Made by a program: the position numbers and the translations under genes. Shown here piece after piece: positions 20,607-31,457 of a stretch of 64,000 bases of DNA. Each line of letters opens with the position of its first letter. Within the stretch, counting starts at the first letter, position 1. The notes under the pieces were generated by a model that was given only the letters and a program-made list of their open reading frames with translations, ran no database searches and was not told the origin of the DNA. Source of the DNA: an uncultured Clostridiaceae bacterium (GTDB taxonomy: Bacteria > Bacillota > Clostridia > TANB77 > CAG-508); NCBI GenBank assembly GCA_947577025.1, contig CANPTO010000007.1, positions 16,475 through 80,474 of the forward strand, in the 5' to 3' direction.

Positions 20607-21232
20607 TTAATTAAATTGTTTATTTACTTTATTATCTATTTCTAATTTGGTTAAAATTTCATCAAATTTTGTGTTTTCTACATTTTTACTTTTATATATT
20701 ATTTCACTATATTTTTTATCTTTTATATTCTTTTTTAACACTAATAATATTCTTCTTTGTTCTTCTACTATATTTCTAATATCTTCTTTTAATGCTGTAT
20801 TCGCTATATAATAGTTATTCTCTTTTATAAAACCTAAACACATATTAACACTACCTATTAACTTTTCAGTTGATAGGTATACTTTTTGACTATTATAATC
20901 TCCTATTATTCTAGCTTTCTTATCTATTTGCATAATAGCTGATAATATTTCTAACTTTTTTTGGGTTGTTCCATTGGATTTAAATTCAAAATCTGTTGTA
21001 CTTAAATTGTTTCTTAAACATAGGTTATAAAAATCTACACTTGATTTTATTCTATTTTTTATAAGATTTAAACCTGTTAAATGTAAAAAATTGTGGGGAA
21101 AAAATTAGTTTCAATGTAATCATATTTTTTATATTCTTTTTGATATATAAATATTACATTTCTATTTTCTAAATTCTTATGATATATTTTTGAACAATTA
21201 AGTACAATATTTAATGATTCTTGTTTTGTCAT
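20607..21232 (-). CDS. hypothetical protein (about 208 aa) with an apparent frameshift in a t6c4 homopolymer near 21090
   Basis: Frame A MTKQESLNIVLNCSK...ETNFF continues in frame B HNFLHLTGLNLIKN...MQIDKKAR (the 108-aa ORF). Confidence 0.5.
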
Positions 21233-21338
21233 ATTGTACTTCCTTTAATATAATTTATTTGATAAAATTCCTACGATATAAAAGTTCTTAGGAGAAATAA
21301 AATTACCGCAGTAATGGTATTTCTCCTAAATGACTGAT

Positions 21339-21442
21339 TTTTTCGTTGTCCGCCAACCATAGGCACATTCGTCCTATAAGAAAGTTCGGTTTTTTACGTT
21401 GTCCGCCAACCATAGGTTCTAATTCACCTATAAAACTCGGAT
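21339..21442. repeat. tandem direct repeat, two copies of about 52 bp (tttttt(c/a)cgttgtccgccaaccatagg...cgg)
   Basis: Direct sequence comparison. Confidence 0.6.
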
Positions 21443-21535
21443 TTAATGTGTCAGCCCACTTTTTATAGTATATTCATTATACTATGTCTTTATTAATTAT
21501 GTCAATATTCTTATTTAATTTTTTTAATAAAGGAA

Positions 21536-21656
21536 AGATTTGGAAAGATTTGGGACGCGTCAAAAACTTTCCTTTTTTAATTAATATAAAAAAATAATTA
21601 AAAAAAGAAAAGGAAAGTTTTTGACGCGTCCCAAATCTTTCCAAATCTTTCCTTTC
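21536..21656. repeat. GGGAC-palindrome element (ggaaagatttgggacgcgtcaaaaactttcc inverted repeats around an AT-rich core)
   Basis: Inverted repeats 21536-21576 and 21612-21656. Confidence 0.6.
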
Positions 21657-21663
21657 TTTTCGT

Positions 21664-23106
21664 TTATTTCTTCAATTCCTCTATAAACATTTTGTTAAGC
21701 ATTTGTGGGTTTGCTTTTCCTTTTGTTTCTTTCATTGCTTGACCTACTAAGAAACCTACTGCTTTGTCTTTTCCAGCCTTAAAGTCTGCTACTGACTGAG
21801 GGTTTGCCTCTATTATTTTTTGTACTACTTCTTTTATTGCTCCTTCGTCTGATATTTGTATCCAGCCCTTTTCTTTTATTATTTCTTCTGGGTCTTTTGG
21901 ATTTTCAAATAATTCTTCTACTACTTTTTTTGCTATTGCGCTACTTATTGTTCCTTTTTCTATTAGTGTAATCATTTTTGCTAATTGCTCTGCAGTAAAT
22001 GGTATTTGATCTGCTTCTATTTCTTTTTCGTTTAATATTCTTGAAATGTCTGATAATAACCAGTTTGCAACTAGTTTATGGTTTCCACATATTTTTGATG
22101 CTTCTTCAAACATATTTGATAAATGTTTTGATGCTGTAAGTAAGTTACTGTCTTTTTCTGATAAACCTAATTCACTCATATACCTTACTTTTCTGCTTTC
22201 TGGTAGTTCTGGTAGATTATTTTTTATATTTTCTATGTATTCTTCTGATAGTTTTATAGCAACTAAGTCTGGATCTGGAAAATAACGGTAGTCTTGTGCA
22301 TCTTCTTTATCTCTCATTGAGAAAGTTCTCCCTGATACGTCATCCCATCTTAGTGTCTCTTGTTCTATTTTTCCGCCATCTTCTATTACATCTATTTGCC
22401 TATCTGCTTCATATTCTATTGCTCTTACTATACTTCTAAATGAACTCATATTTTTCATTTCTGTACGTGTTCCAAACTCACTTGCTCCTTTTTTCCTTAC
22501 AGAAACGTTTACATCTGCTCTAAATGAACCTTCTTGCATTTTACAGTCTGATACTTCTATATATTCGTAAATTGATTTTAATTTTCTTAAATAGTTCTCT
22601 GCTTCTTTACTGCTACGTATATCTGGTTCTGATACAGTTTCTATTAGTGGTACTCCTGCTCTGTTTAAGTCTACTAGGCTTCCTCCGCCAAATTCGTTAT
22701 GATTTAGCTTTCCTGCATCTTCTTCTATATGTATACGTGTTATTCCTATTTTCTTTTTTTCTCCATTTTCATCTTCTATCTCTATATATCCATTTTTACA
22801 AAGTGGCATATCAAATTGAGATATTTGGTATGACTTTGGAAGGTCTGGGTAAAAGTAGTTTTTTCTATCATTTTTACTATTTTTCTCTATTTCACAATTT
22901 GTAGCAAGACCAGCCTTTACCGCATATTCTACTACTTTTTCATTAAGTACTGGCAAAGCCCCTGGCATTGCCATACATACTGGACAAGTATGTGTATTTG
23001 GCTTGCCACCAAATTCAGTAGGGCAACTACAAAATATTTTTGTTTTTGTAGAAAGTTCTGCATGTACTTCAAGTCCTATTACTATTTCATAGTCTTCTCT
23101 AGACAT
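21664..23106 (-). CDS. gatB: Asp/Glu-tRNA amidotransferase subunit B
   Basis: MSREDYEIVIGLEVHAELSTKTKIFCSC. Confidence 0.9.
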   Translation of the reverse strand: MSREDYEIVIGLEVHAELSTKTKIFCSCPTEFGGKPNTHTCPVCMAMPGALPVLNEKVVEYAVKAGLATNCEIEKNSKNDRKNYFYPDLPKSYQISQFDMPLCKNGYIEIEDENGEKKKIGITRIHIEEDAGKLNHNEFGGGSLVDLNRAGVPLIETVSEPDIRSSKEAENYLRKLKSIYEYIEVSDCKMQEGSFRADVNVSVRKKGASEFGTRTEMKNMSSFRSIVRAIEYEADRQIDVIEDGGKIEQETLRWDDVSGRTFSMRDKEDAQDYRYFPDPDLVAIKLSEEYIENIKNNLPELPESRKVRYMSELGLSEKDSNLLTASKHLSNMFEEASKICGNHKLVANWLLSDISRILNEKEIEADQIPFTAEQLAKMITLIEKGTISSAIAKKVVEELFENPKDPEEIIKEKGWIQISDEGAIKEVVQKIIEANPQSVADFKAGKDKAVGFLVGQAMKETKGKANPQMLNKMFIEELKK

Positions 23107-23140
23107 CTATTTTTTCCTCCTTCAAAACTCGAAGAGTTTT

Positions 23141-23400
23141 GTACTATTCACTCTTCACTATTCATTATTCACTTAAGCCTTTTCTTCGAAGTAAGGGCGA
23201 AATTTGATATTCCCAAGGCGGTATTCCTTACCGATTTAGCCCCTACAGTGTTAATTTATTTTTCTACTGCTATTCCTTCGAAGAGCGGACAGCTACTATC
23301 TGCCCCTACATCAAACCTCAGGTTTGTACTCTTAATTTTTCACTATTTAACTTAGGCAATTTCGTTGGCTGGCGGGTCGCCCTTAGTGCGACCCTCACAG
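23141..23400. repeat. about 260-bp dispersed repeat element (cactattcattattcact ... agcccctacag ... gggtcgcccttagtgcgaccc) inserted between gatA and gatB
   Basis: Segments recur at 29139-29270, 54906-55060 (inverted), 55707-55780, 58275-58345 and 60690-60720. Confidence 0.55.
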
Positions 23401-23406
23401 TATTTA

Positions 23407-24879
23407 TTACATATTTTTAAATTCTGGTTTATAATTCTCTCTAAATTTTATAGCTTGTTCAAATGTATATGCTGCATTTAATAAGGTTTCTTCACTGAAT
23501 TTTTGCCCTATTAGTTGCATTCCTATTGGCATTTTTTCTTTATCTACTCCACATGGAATTGATATTCCTGGAAGTCCTGCTATATTTACTGATACTGTAC
23601 ATATATCTGCTAAGTACATTTCTAATGGATTTGATGATTTTTCACCTATGTTAAATGCTGTTGTTGGTGCTGTTGGTGTTAATATTATATCATATTTACT
23701 GAATGCTTCATCAAATTTTGATTGTACTAATGTACGTACTTCTAAAGCTTTTTTGTAGTATGCATCATAGTATCCTGATGATAATACATAAGTTCCTAGT
23801 ATTATTCTTCTTTTTACTTCACTTCCAAATGCTTCACTTCTTGAGTTTATATATATATCTTTTAGGTCATTATAGTTTGGCGTTCTGTATCCATAGCGAA
23901 TTCCATCAAATCTTCCTAAGTTTGAACTTGCTTCTGCACATGCTATAATGTAGTATGTTGCTAATGCATAGTTTGCAATGTCTAGTGAAAATTCTTCTAC
24001 TTCTGCTCCTAGTTCTTTGTATTTTTCTATGGCTTCTTCTAACTTTTGTTTTACTTCTGGTTGAAGCCCTTCTCCATAGAATTCTTTTGGAATTCCTATT
24101 TTCATTCCTTTTACATTATTTTTTAAGCTTAATGTATAATCTACTTTTTCCCTATTTTCTGATGTTGAATCCTTTTCGTCATGACCTGTTATTACATTTA
24201 AAAGCATAGCACAGTCTTCCACATCTTTTGTTATTGGTCCTATTTGGTCTAATGATGAAGCAAATGCTACTAGTCCATAACGTGATACTAAGCCATATGT
24301 TGGTTTCATTCCTACTACTCCACAAAAAGATGCTGGCTGACGTATTGAGCCACCTGTATCTGAACCTAGTGCCCAAGGTACCATTTGGCTAGCAACTGCT
24401 GCTGCGCTTCCTCCTGAAGAACCTCCTGGCACTTTATTTAAGTTCCATGGATTTTTTGTTATATGAAATGCTGAGTATTCTGTTGAACCACCCATTGCAA
24501 ACTCGTCCATGTTTAATTTTCCTAAATTAATCATGTTTTCCTTATTTATTTTTTCCATTACTGTTGCATCATAAGGTGAAACAAAGTTTTCTAACATTTT
24601 TGAACTACATGTTGTATGTATTCCTTTTGTACAGATATTATCTTTTATTCCTATTGGAATACCTGCTAAATTACCTTTTATTTCGTTATTATTTACTTTT
24701 TCTTCTATTTCTTTTGCTTTGTTCATGGCATTTTCTTCTAATACTGTTACAAAAGCTCCAATGTCTTTTTCTTTTTCGTGTATTCTATTTATATACGCTT
24801 TTGTTATTTCAGGTATTGTTATTTCTTTGCTTGCTAATTTTTCTTTTAATTCGTGAACTGCTAATTCTGTAATTTCCAT
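23407..24879 (-). CDS. gatA: Glu-tRNA(Gln) amidotransferase subunit A
   Basis: Amidase signature [12 protein letters not shown]. Confidence 0.9.
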   Translation of the reverse strand: MEITELAVHELKEKLASKEITIPEITKAYINRIHEKEKDIGAFVTVLEENAMNKAKEIEEKVNNNEIKGNLAGIPIGIKDNICTKGIHTTCSSKMLENFVSPYDATVMEKINKENMINLGKLNMDEFAMGGSTEYSAFHITKNPWNLNKVPGGSSGGSAAAVASQMVPWALGSDTGGSIRQPASFCGVVGMKPTYGLVSRYGLVAFASSLDQIGPITKDVEDCAMLLNVITGHDEKDSTSENREKVDYTLSLKNNVKGMKIGIPKEFYGEGLQPEVKQKLEEAIEKYKELGAEVEEFSLDIANYALATYYIIACAEASSNLGRFDGIRYGYRTPNYNDLKDIYINSRSEAFGSEVKRRIILGTYVLSSGYYDAYYKKALEVRTLVQSKFDEAFSKYDIILTPTAPTTAFNIGEKSSNPLEMYLADICTVSVNIAGLPGISIPCGVDKEKMPIGMQLIGQKFSEETLLNAAYTFEQAIKFRENYKPEFKNM

Positions 24880-24900
24880 TTGTATCCTCCCTACCCCTTC

Positions 24901-25188
24901 CTATTGTATTACTTTTGGTATTTTGAACATATTTCTTTCTTTTTCTGGTGCATTTGCTAGTAGCGCTTCATTATCTTCAAAATTTATTATTTCATCTTTT
25001 CTAAATGCATTACATTTTTTGTTTGCACCTATAGTTTGTGTTAGACCTTCTACTGGTGCATTATTTACTATGTTTGCAAAATTTAGAATATCTTCCAAAT
25101 GTAGTAAATATGTATCTATTTCTTCTTCTTTTAAATTTAATTTTGCAAGTTTTGCTATATGCAAAATTTCCTCTTTACTTACTTTCAT
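24901..25188 (-). CDS. gatC: Asp/Glu-tRNA amidotransferase subunit C
   Basis: 95 aa immediately upstream of gatA. Confidence 0.85.
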   Translation of the reverse strand: MKVSKEEILHIAKLAKLNLKEEEIDTYLLHLEDILNFANIVNNAPVEGLTQTIGANKKCNAFRKDEIINFEDNEALLANAPEKERNMFKIPKVIQ

Positions 25189-25334
25189 ATTCTTTTCATC
25201 TCCTATTACACTTTGTGCTTTATTATATCCTTTTTTTGGTAATATTACAAGTGTTTAAAAAGAAAAATTTAAGAGTGTATGAAAGAAAAATTTAAGAGTG
25301 AATGGGAAATTCCTTTCACTCTTAAATTTTTTTA

Positions 25335-25874
25335 TTATACTTTTGAAACATCAAAACTTCTATTAAATTCAAATTTCATTTCTTCTATTTCGACTTCGTA
25401 AGAGACATGTCTTGATGCGTTGATAAGTTCTACTCCAAAAGGATAAATTCGTCGTTCCCAGTCTTTATTAGTGCCTCTTTCATATTTTCGTATTAGTGAA
25501 TGTTCTTTAACTTTAATTTTTATTCCATTATTTTTATTATATATTATATATTTACGATGTAGCCCATAATAGTCATCGTCCTCACCATAATCTACAAATG
25601 ATTCTTCTTTTACTTCATATTCATCATCTATTTTCAAAAATGGATAATATGTTGTTCTCATTCCTGTACCAAAACTAGAAACTGATTTAACTTCTACTTC
25701 TTTGTATTCATATTCTCGAGAATTGATAGCCTCTTTTAAATATTTTCTTATTTCCTCTTTGTTAGAGTTAAGTGTTTCAACTTTTTCTTTTATTTTTAAG
25801 TTAAACTCTTCTTCTTGTCTTTTTATATATTTATTTAGACTTTTTGTTTCTTTTACTAAATTTAAAAATTCCAT
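25335..25874 (-). CDS. hypothetical protein (about 180 aa)
   Basis: RBS aggagg before MEFLNLVKE. Confidence 0.5.
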   Translation of the reverse strand: MEFLNLVKETKSLNKYIKRQEEEFNLKIKEKVETLNSNKEEIRKYLKEAINSREYEYKEVEVKSVSSFGTGMRTTYYPFLKIDDEYEVKEESFVDYGEDDDYYGLHRKYIIYNKNNGIKIKVKEHSLIRKYERGTNKDWERRIYPFGVELINASRHVSYEVEIEEMKFEFNRSFDVSKV

Positions 25875-25989
25875 ATTTTTACCTCCTGGCATTTGCCTAA
25901 AATCATGCTGTTTACAGTTTCTTTTTAGAAAGCTCCTTTTGATGTTTCTAGGAGATTATTAAATTTTATGTGCTTATTTTAACACATTT

Positions 25990-27804
25990 TTATGTTATTT
26001 GCAAGATTCTCTTTGCAATTTCTTCACTTACGCCCTTAACTTCCATAAGTTCTTCTATACTTGCATTGCTCATTTTTTCCACACTTCCGAATTTCATTAA
26101 TAAAGCCTTCTTTTTAGCAGGACCTATTCCCTCTATTTCATCTAATGCTGACTTTGTTACTTCTTTATCTCTTAACTTTTTGTGGTATCCTATTGCTGTT
26201 TCGTGTACTGTGTCTTGGAATAGTGTTATTAGATTCATTAGTTTTTCTGATAGTTTTATTTCTTTTCTGTTTTCGTCTATTAAGGCTCTGGTTTGGTGTT
26301 TGTCATTTTTTACCATACCAAATACTTTTATTTCATTTAAGTTATCCACTTTGTTTTCATATTCTGTGGATACCGCTTCTATGGCTTCTTTTATTGCCCT
26401 TATTTGTGTTATTCCTCCATCTGCAAAAATTACGTCTGGCAATTTTCCAAATGCTCCATTTTCTTCTTTTATCGAACGTCTTAGTCTTCTTGATACTACT
26501 TCTTTCATACATGCTACATCATCTTGTGCGTAAACTGTTTTTATCTTAAATATACGTGACAAATTCTTTTTTATCTCTCCATCTTTCATTACACACATTC
26601 CTGCTACCATATTTGTTCCTGAAAGGTTTGAGATATCAAAGCACTCTATCTTTCTTGGCATTTTGTTTAAGTTTAATACTTCTCTTAGCTCTGTTAACAC
26701 ATCATATTTATCTTTTGATTTATTATCTAATGTTATTTTTGCGTTGTTTTCTGCCATTTCTACTAGCCTTAGTTTCTCTCCTCTTTGTGGAGTTTTTATT
26801 TCTACTTTTCTTCCTGCTTCTTTTGTTAGCCATTCCCCAAATACTTCTTTTTCTTCTATTTCTTCTTTCATCATTATTTTATTAGGTAGTATACTTCTTC
26901 CTATATAATATTGTTTTACAAAATCTGATAATATTTGCTCATCTTTTTCATCATTTAAATCTTTGAAAAAATAGTGCTCTCTTCCTACCATTTTGCTACC
27001 TCGTACAAAGAAAACTTCTATACATACTTCTACTTCATTCCTAGCTAATCCTATAACATCTATATCATTTTCGGTTATATTTGAAACTTTTTGTTTTTCC
27101 CCTATTCTCTCTATTGCAAGCCTTTTGTCTCTTATATATGCAGCTTTTTCAAATTCCATATTTTTAGATGCCTCAAGCATTTGATTTTCTAATTCTTTTA
27201 AAATTCCATTTAAGTTTCCATCTAAAATTGATATTATTTGGTTTATTTGCTCTCTATATTCTTCTTTTGAAATATAGCCCATACATGGTGCCATACATTT
27301 TTTTATGTGGTAATTTAGGCAGGCTCTATCTTTATATTTAAAGCTTTTACATTGGCGAATTTTAAATTTTTCTTTTATAAAGTCTACCATTTCTTTTGCT
27401 GCACCTGCTGATGGATATGGTCCAAAATATTTTGCCCCATCATTTAATATTCTTCTTGTTACATATACATTTGGAAAATCATCTTTTACATTTATTTTTA
27501 TATATGGGTATGTTTTGTCATCTTTTAAAAGTACATTAAATTTTGGTCTATTCTTTTTTATTAAATTACATTCTAATATAAGTGCTTCAGTTTCATTATC
27601 TACTACTATATATTCAAAATGGTCTATTAAAGCTACCATGTTTTGTATTCTTTGTGTTTTATTTGTTTTTCTAAAATATGACCTAACCCTGTTTTTTAAA
27701 GAAATTGCCTTTCCTACATATATAATTTTGTCATCTTTATCATGCATTATATATACCCCTGGCTTATTAGGTAGTTTTTTTAATTCTTCTTCTATATTAA
27801 ACAT
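25990..27804 (-). CDS. uvrC: excinuclease ABC subunit C
   Basis: GIY-YIG N-terminus PNKPGVYIMHDKDDKIIYVGKA, UVR, RNase H-like and HhH domains; RBS agagagg before MFNIEEEL. Confidence 0.9.
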   Translation of the reverse strand: MFNIEEELKKLPNKPGVYIMHDKDDKIIYVGKAISLKNRVRSYFRKTNKTQRIQNMVALIDHFEYIVVDNETEALILECNLIKKNRPKFNVLLKDDKTYPYIKINVKDDFPNVYVTRRILNDGAKYFGPYPSAGAAKEMVDFIKEKFKIRQCKSFKYKDRACLNYHIKKCMAPCMGYISKEEYREQINQIISILDGNLNGILKELENQMLEASKNMEFEKAAYIRDKRLAIERIGEKQKVSNITENDIDVIGLARNEVEVCIEVFFVRGSKMVGREHYFFKDLNDEKDEQILSDFVKQYYIGRSILPNKIMMKEEIEEKEVFGEWLTKEAGRKVEIKTPQRGEKLRLVEMAENNAKITLDNKSKDKYDVLTELREVLNLNKMPRKIECFDISNLSGTNMVAGMCVMKDGEIKKNLSRIFKIKTVYAQDDVACMKEVVSRRLRRSIKEENGAFGKLPDVIFADGGITQIRAIKEAIEAVSTEYENKVDNLNEIKVFGMVKNDKHQTRALIDENRKEIKLSEKLMNLITLFQDTVHETAIGYHKKLRDKEVTKSALDEIEGIGPAKKKALLMKFGSVEKMSNASIEELMEVKGVSEEIAKRILQIT

Positions 27805-27825
27805 TTTTAACCTCTCTTTTTGAAG

Positions 27826-27960
27826 ATTTGGGAAGGAAAGATTTGGGACGTGTCTAAAACTTTCCAAATTTTTAACAAATAATTTTCAATTTATAGTTAA
27901 TTTTATTGGAAAGTTTTAGACACGTCCCAAATCTTTCCTTCCCAAATCTTTACTTAAGTA
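27826..27960. repeat. GGGAC-palindrome element (ggaaagatttgggacgtgtctaaaactttcc inverted repeats)
   Basis: Same family as 21536-21656 and 36690-36750. Confidence 0.6.
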
Positions 27961-29044
27961 TACTACTATTATTTAAAATTAATGTACTATACAAAAATAA
28001 CACCTCTTGGTCTTTAAATTGTATATATTTTTCTATATCTTTAGTTCTGATATACCTAATATCTATTAATGTGATTTTGCTATAACCTTCTGTAAATAGT
28101 GGTATTAAGCTACTTGCAAATGAATCTCTAAATACTATTAGTTCTTTATCTGTTTTGGCGTTTTGATTTGTTATTGTTATTAGTGGTGTAGATCCTGATA
28201 GATATATGTCGTATTTGTCATTGCTATTTATTTTTTCTAAATCATATATTTTTGTTTCTTTTCTATTTTCATAGTTATATACTTTTGCATTTTCTATTGT
28301 TTGATTTGTTAGTGTACAAATCTTATCTTTTTCTACTTTTATAGGTAATTGTCCTGCATATAGTCCATCAAATTCTGTTATTTGTTCTCTTGTATAGTTA
28401 TTTGTTAGCCTATCTTTAAAGTTCATTTTTTCACTTATTTTATCTACTACTCTTTGTAAATTTTCTTGCTTCCAGTGAATATCTGTTATATAGTAATCTT
28501 CTAGCTCTAAGCAGTCAAATATATTAATATATTCTGCATTTGTTATATTTTTTTTCATTATTTCTTCTAGCTTTTTATAGTCCATAGTAATATATTCTTT
28601 GCTATCAGTAAAGTAGTTTTTATCTGGTATTATTGAGTAATAGCATTTCATATCTTTTAAATAACTTTTTTGTATTTCATTTATTTTATTTGCTACATTT
28701 AATACAGATTTTTCATTTAATGGATATTCTATTTTTATAAGGCTGTTTTTGTACATATATATTTTATTGTTATCTTTTTTTCTAAACAAATTAACCTCTA
28801 TGGATGATTTTAATTTTCTAAATTCTTCCCTTTTTATAATTTGATCTGTCGTATATTTTTCAAATTTATTGCTAAAGCTCCCATCTAATACACTTTTTAT
28901 AGTTATTTGTGGAAAACTAGCAAGTTTTCTTCTTTCTGTTATTGAAATTTGTGTGTCTTTTTTTAATATATTTGCTAGAAAAAATAAGATCAGTAGTGTT
29001 CCAAATGTAATTGTTACTACTATATTTTTAGTTTTATCTAACAT
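27950..29044 (-). CDS. DHHW-family protein (AlgX/AlgJ/DltD-like partner of an MBOAT acyltransferase)
   Basis: N-terminal TM, TDIHW motif; immediately upstream of an MBOAT gene; RBS aaggag before MLDKTK. Confidence 0.65.
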   Translation of the reverse strand: MLDKTKNIVVTITFGTLLILFFLANILKKDTQISITERRKLASFPQITIKSVLDGSFSNKFEKYTTDQIIKREEFRKLKSSIEVNLFRKKDNNKIYMYKNSLIKIEYPLNEKSVLNVANKINEIQKSYLKDMKCYYSIIPDKNYFTDSKEYITMDYKKLEEIMKKNITNAEYINIFDCLELEDYYITDIHWKQENLQRVVDKISEKMNFKDRLTNNYTREQITEFDGLYAGQLPIKVEKDKICTLTNQTIENAKVYNYENRKETKIYDLEKINSNDKYDIYLSGSTPLITITNQNAKTDKELIVFRDSFASSLIPLFTEGYSKITLIDIRYIRTKDIEKYIQFKDQEVLFLYSTLILNNSSILK

Positions 29045-29138
29045 TCTTTTTTCTCCTTGTTTAATAAAATAATTTATTTGAAATATTTTTTGCATATGCT
29101 AGCAAGTTTTCTATAAAGCAATAAAAGCAGTTTCTTCT

Positions 29139-29270
29139 GGGTCGCCCTTTAGTAGCGACCCCTACAACGTGGAATGTATTGCCTAAAATTGATTTTTCTT
29201 ATACTATAAAAAAGAGTGTAAGTTGGTAAATTCTCTTCTGTATTCCTATTAGATATATGCCCCTACATCT
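29139..29270. repeat. partial copy of the 23141-23400 repeat family (gggtcgccctttagtagcgacccctacaacg ... tattcctattagatatatgcccctacatc)
   Basis: Direct comparison. Confidence 0.45.
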
Positions 29271-29289
29271 ATTTTTATATTTGCTATTA

Positions 29290-30687
29290 TTAGAATCTAA
29301 AATATAAAAATGGATTATATGAGTTATCTACTAAATATGATGTAACTATTAGTAATAAGGCTACTAGTATAATAGGCTCTATTGTATTAATTATTTTATT
29401 AATTTTTGTTTTTTCTTTTAACTTATTTATTATATTTTTGAGTAGCGGTGTTGCTCCAATTATTGATATTATTATAATTACAAAGTAACTTTTTAAATAG
29501 TATATAGTATAACTATTTATAAATGGCTCTTTGTTTGCTCCAAATAACCCTATTATTTGCTGAATTGCTTGTGCTATACTATTTGCATTAAATATGATGA
29601 AACTAATCATTACTATAAATAGAACATATATATGACTTATTATTTTGGGCATTTTCTCTAATATTTCTTTTAAAAATAGCTTTTCTATAATTAGTAATAT
29701 TCCAAATAATAGCCCCCATAAAATAAATGTCCAATTGGCTCCATGCCAAAATCCTGTTAAAAACCATACTATAAAAATGTTTCTAATTAACTTTATTTTA
29801 CCTACTCTATTTCCTCCAAGTGGTATGTATACATAGTCTCTAAACCATGTTCCTAGTGAAATATGCCACCTTCTCCAAAATTCGGTAATGCTTTTTGATA
29901 TATATGGATAGTTAAAATTTTCCAAAAAGTGAAAGCCAAATATTTTTCCAAGTCCTATTGCCATATCTGAATAGGCTGAAAAGTCAAAATATATTTGAAG
30001 ACTAAATGCTACCCCATAAATCCAATAAAACAATATGCTTTTTTCATTTGTTTGTATAAAAACTTGGCATAATTCGCCTAGTTGATTTGCAATTAATACT
30101 TTTTTTGAAAGCCCTATAATAAACCTTCTTATTCCTAATGATATTTTTTGGGTGGTATGCTCTCTTTTTGTAAGTTCTTTTTCAACATCTATATAACGTA
30201 CAATTGGACCTGCTATTAATTGTGGAAATAATGATACATATGTTGCAAGTTTTATAATGTTTTTTTGCACTGGAACTTTTTTATTATATACATCTATAAC
30301 ATAACTTAATATTTGAAATGTATAAAATGATATTCCTATTGGCAGTGCTAAGTTTAATAATTTTATTTGTGAATTACATATGCTATTTATATTTGTTATT
30401 ATAAAGTCTGAATACTTAAATAACGCTAATAACCCTATACTTATTATAATAGATGATATTAAAAAAACTTTTTTATGTTTTGTATATTTATTTATTAAAA
30501 TACCATGTATATATGCTGATAGTATGCTTGCTATCATAATTAATATATAAATAGGCTCCCCATAAAAGTAAAATAATAGGGAGCTTATTAATAGTATAAT
30601 ATTTTTATATTTTGTAGGTGTAACAAAATATATTATTAATACACATGGTAAAAAATAATATAAAAAGTTAATACTTGAAAATAACAC
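29290..30687 (-). CDS. MBOAT-family membrane O-acyltransferase (AlgI/DltB-like)
   Basis: 465 aa polytopic; conserved FWRRWHISL and WHGANWTF motifs. Confidence 0.85.
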   Translation of the reverse strand: MLFSSINFLYYFLPCVLIIYFVTPTKYKNIILLISSLLFYFYGEPIYILIMIASILSAYIHGILINKYTKHKKVFLISSIIISIGLLALFKYSDFIITNINSICNSQIKLLNLALPIGISFYTFQILSYVIDVYNKKVPVQKNIIKLATYVSLFPQLIAGPIVRYIDVEKELTKREHTTQKISLGIRRFIIGLSKKVLIANQLGELCQVFIQTNEKSILFYWIYGVAFSLQIYFDFSAYSDMAIGLGKIFGFHFLENFNYPYISKSITEFWRRWHISLGTWFRDYVYIPLGGNRVGKIKLIRNIFIVWFLTGFWHGANWTFILWGLLFGILLIIEKLFLKEILEKMPKIISHIYVLFIVMISFIIFNANSIAQAIQQIIGLFGANKEPFINSYTIYYLKSYFVIIIISIIGATPLLKNIINKLKEKTKINKIINTIEPIILVALLLIVTSYLVDNSYNPFLYFRF

Positions 30688-30696
30688 TTTTTCCTC

Positions 30697-31260
30697 CTAG
30701 AATTCTTCTGTTTTTTCTAATTCTTTTCCTACTGTGCCACCTACTGCTTGTTTAAATTCGTCATATACAGGTTTTCCCCATTCTTCGCTTGACATTACAA
30801 AGAAGATTATATCATTATAGTTAGTAACCCATAATTTTTCTGCTGAAACACATATCCATTTTCTCATGTCTATATTGTTTAATATTTCTTGTTTCATTTC
30901 TTCTATGTTAGCATTTTCTTTTGCTTTTATCATTACTGCTGAATGTGCTTGTGAACTAATAAATGGCTCTGATACTACAACTGCTTCTACATTTTCATTT
31001 GATTTTAGACCAGTAGTAGATGTAAATGCATATTCGTCAGATATATCTATTGTACGTGTTTCTATTGCTGGAAGAGCTCCTTCTAGTTTTGTGTTTATAT
31101 CATTCATTATTTTTTCCATTTCTTGTGCTGTTTGTATTTTTACTCCTGTTTGTGTAGTTGTTTTTTCTTCTTTGTTTTTTGAAAATATAAATACTGCTCC
31201 AATAATGATAACTGCAATAACTACAACTGCTACTACTATTGCAATAATTGATTTTTTCAT
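30697..31260 (-). CDS. membrane-anchored hypothetical protein (possibly a DUF4358-like accessory of the MBOAT/DHHW pair)
   Basis: N-terminal TM helix; operon position. Confidence 0.5.
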   Translation of the reverse strand: MKKSIIAIVVAVVVIAVIIIGAVFIFSKNKEEKTTTQTGVKIQTAQEMEKIMNDINTKLEGALPAIETRTIDISDEYAFTSTTGLKSNENVEAVVVSEPFISSQAHSAVMIKAKENANIEEMKQEILNNIDMRKWICVSAEKLWVTNYNDIIFFVMSSEEWGKPVYDEFKQAVGGTVGKELEKTEEF

Positions 31261-31457
31261 ATTTTTTCCTCTCTTTCGTTTTATTTTACAATTTCATATT
31301 ATCATAATTAATTTATTTTGTATAGCTGTTTTTATCATTTTTATTTTTTAATTATTGTTATTTATGCTATTTTTTTACTATTTTATATTTAATATTATTT
31401 ATGTACTTGCTACAATTTTACCTTTTTACATATTATACAGCATAAGGAGGCTTTGTT

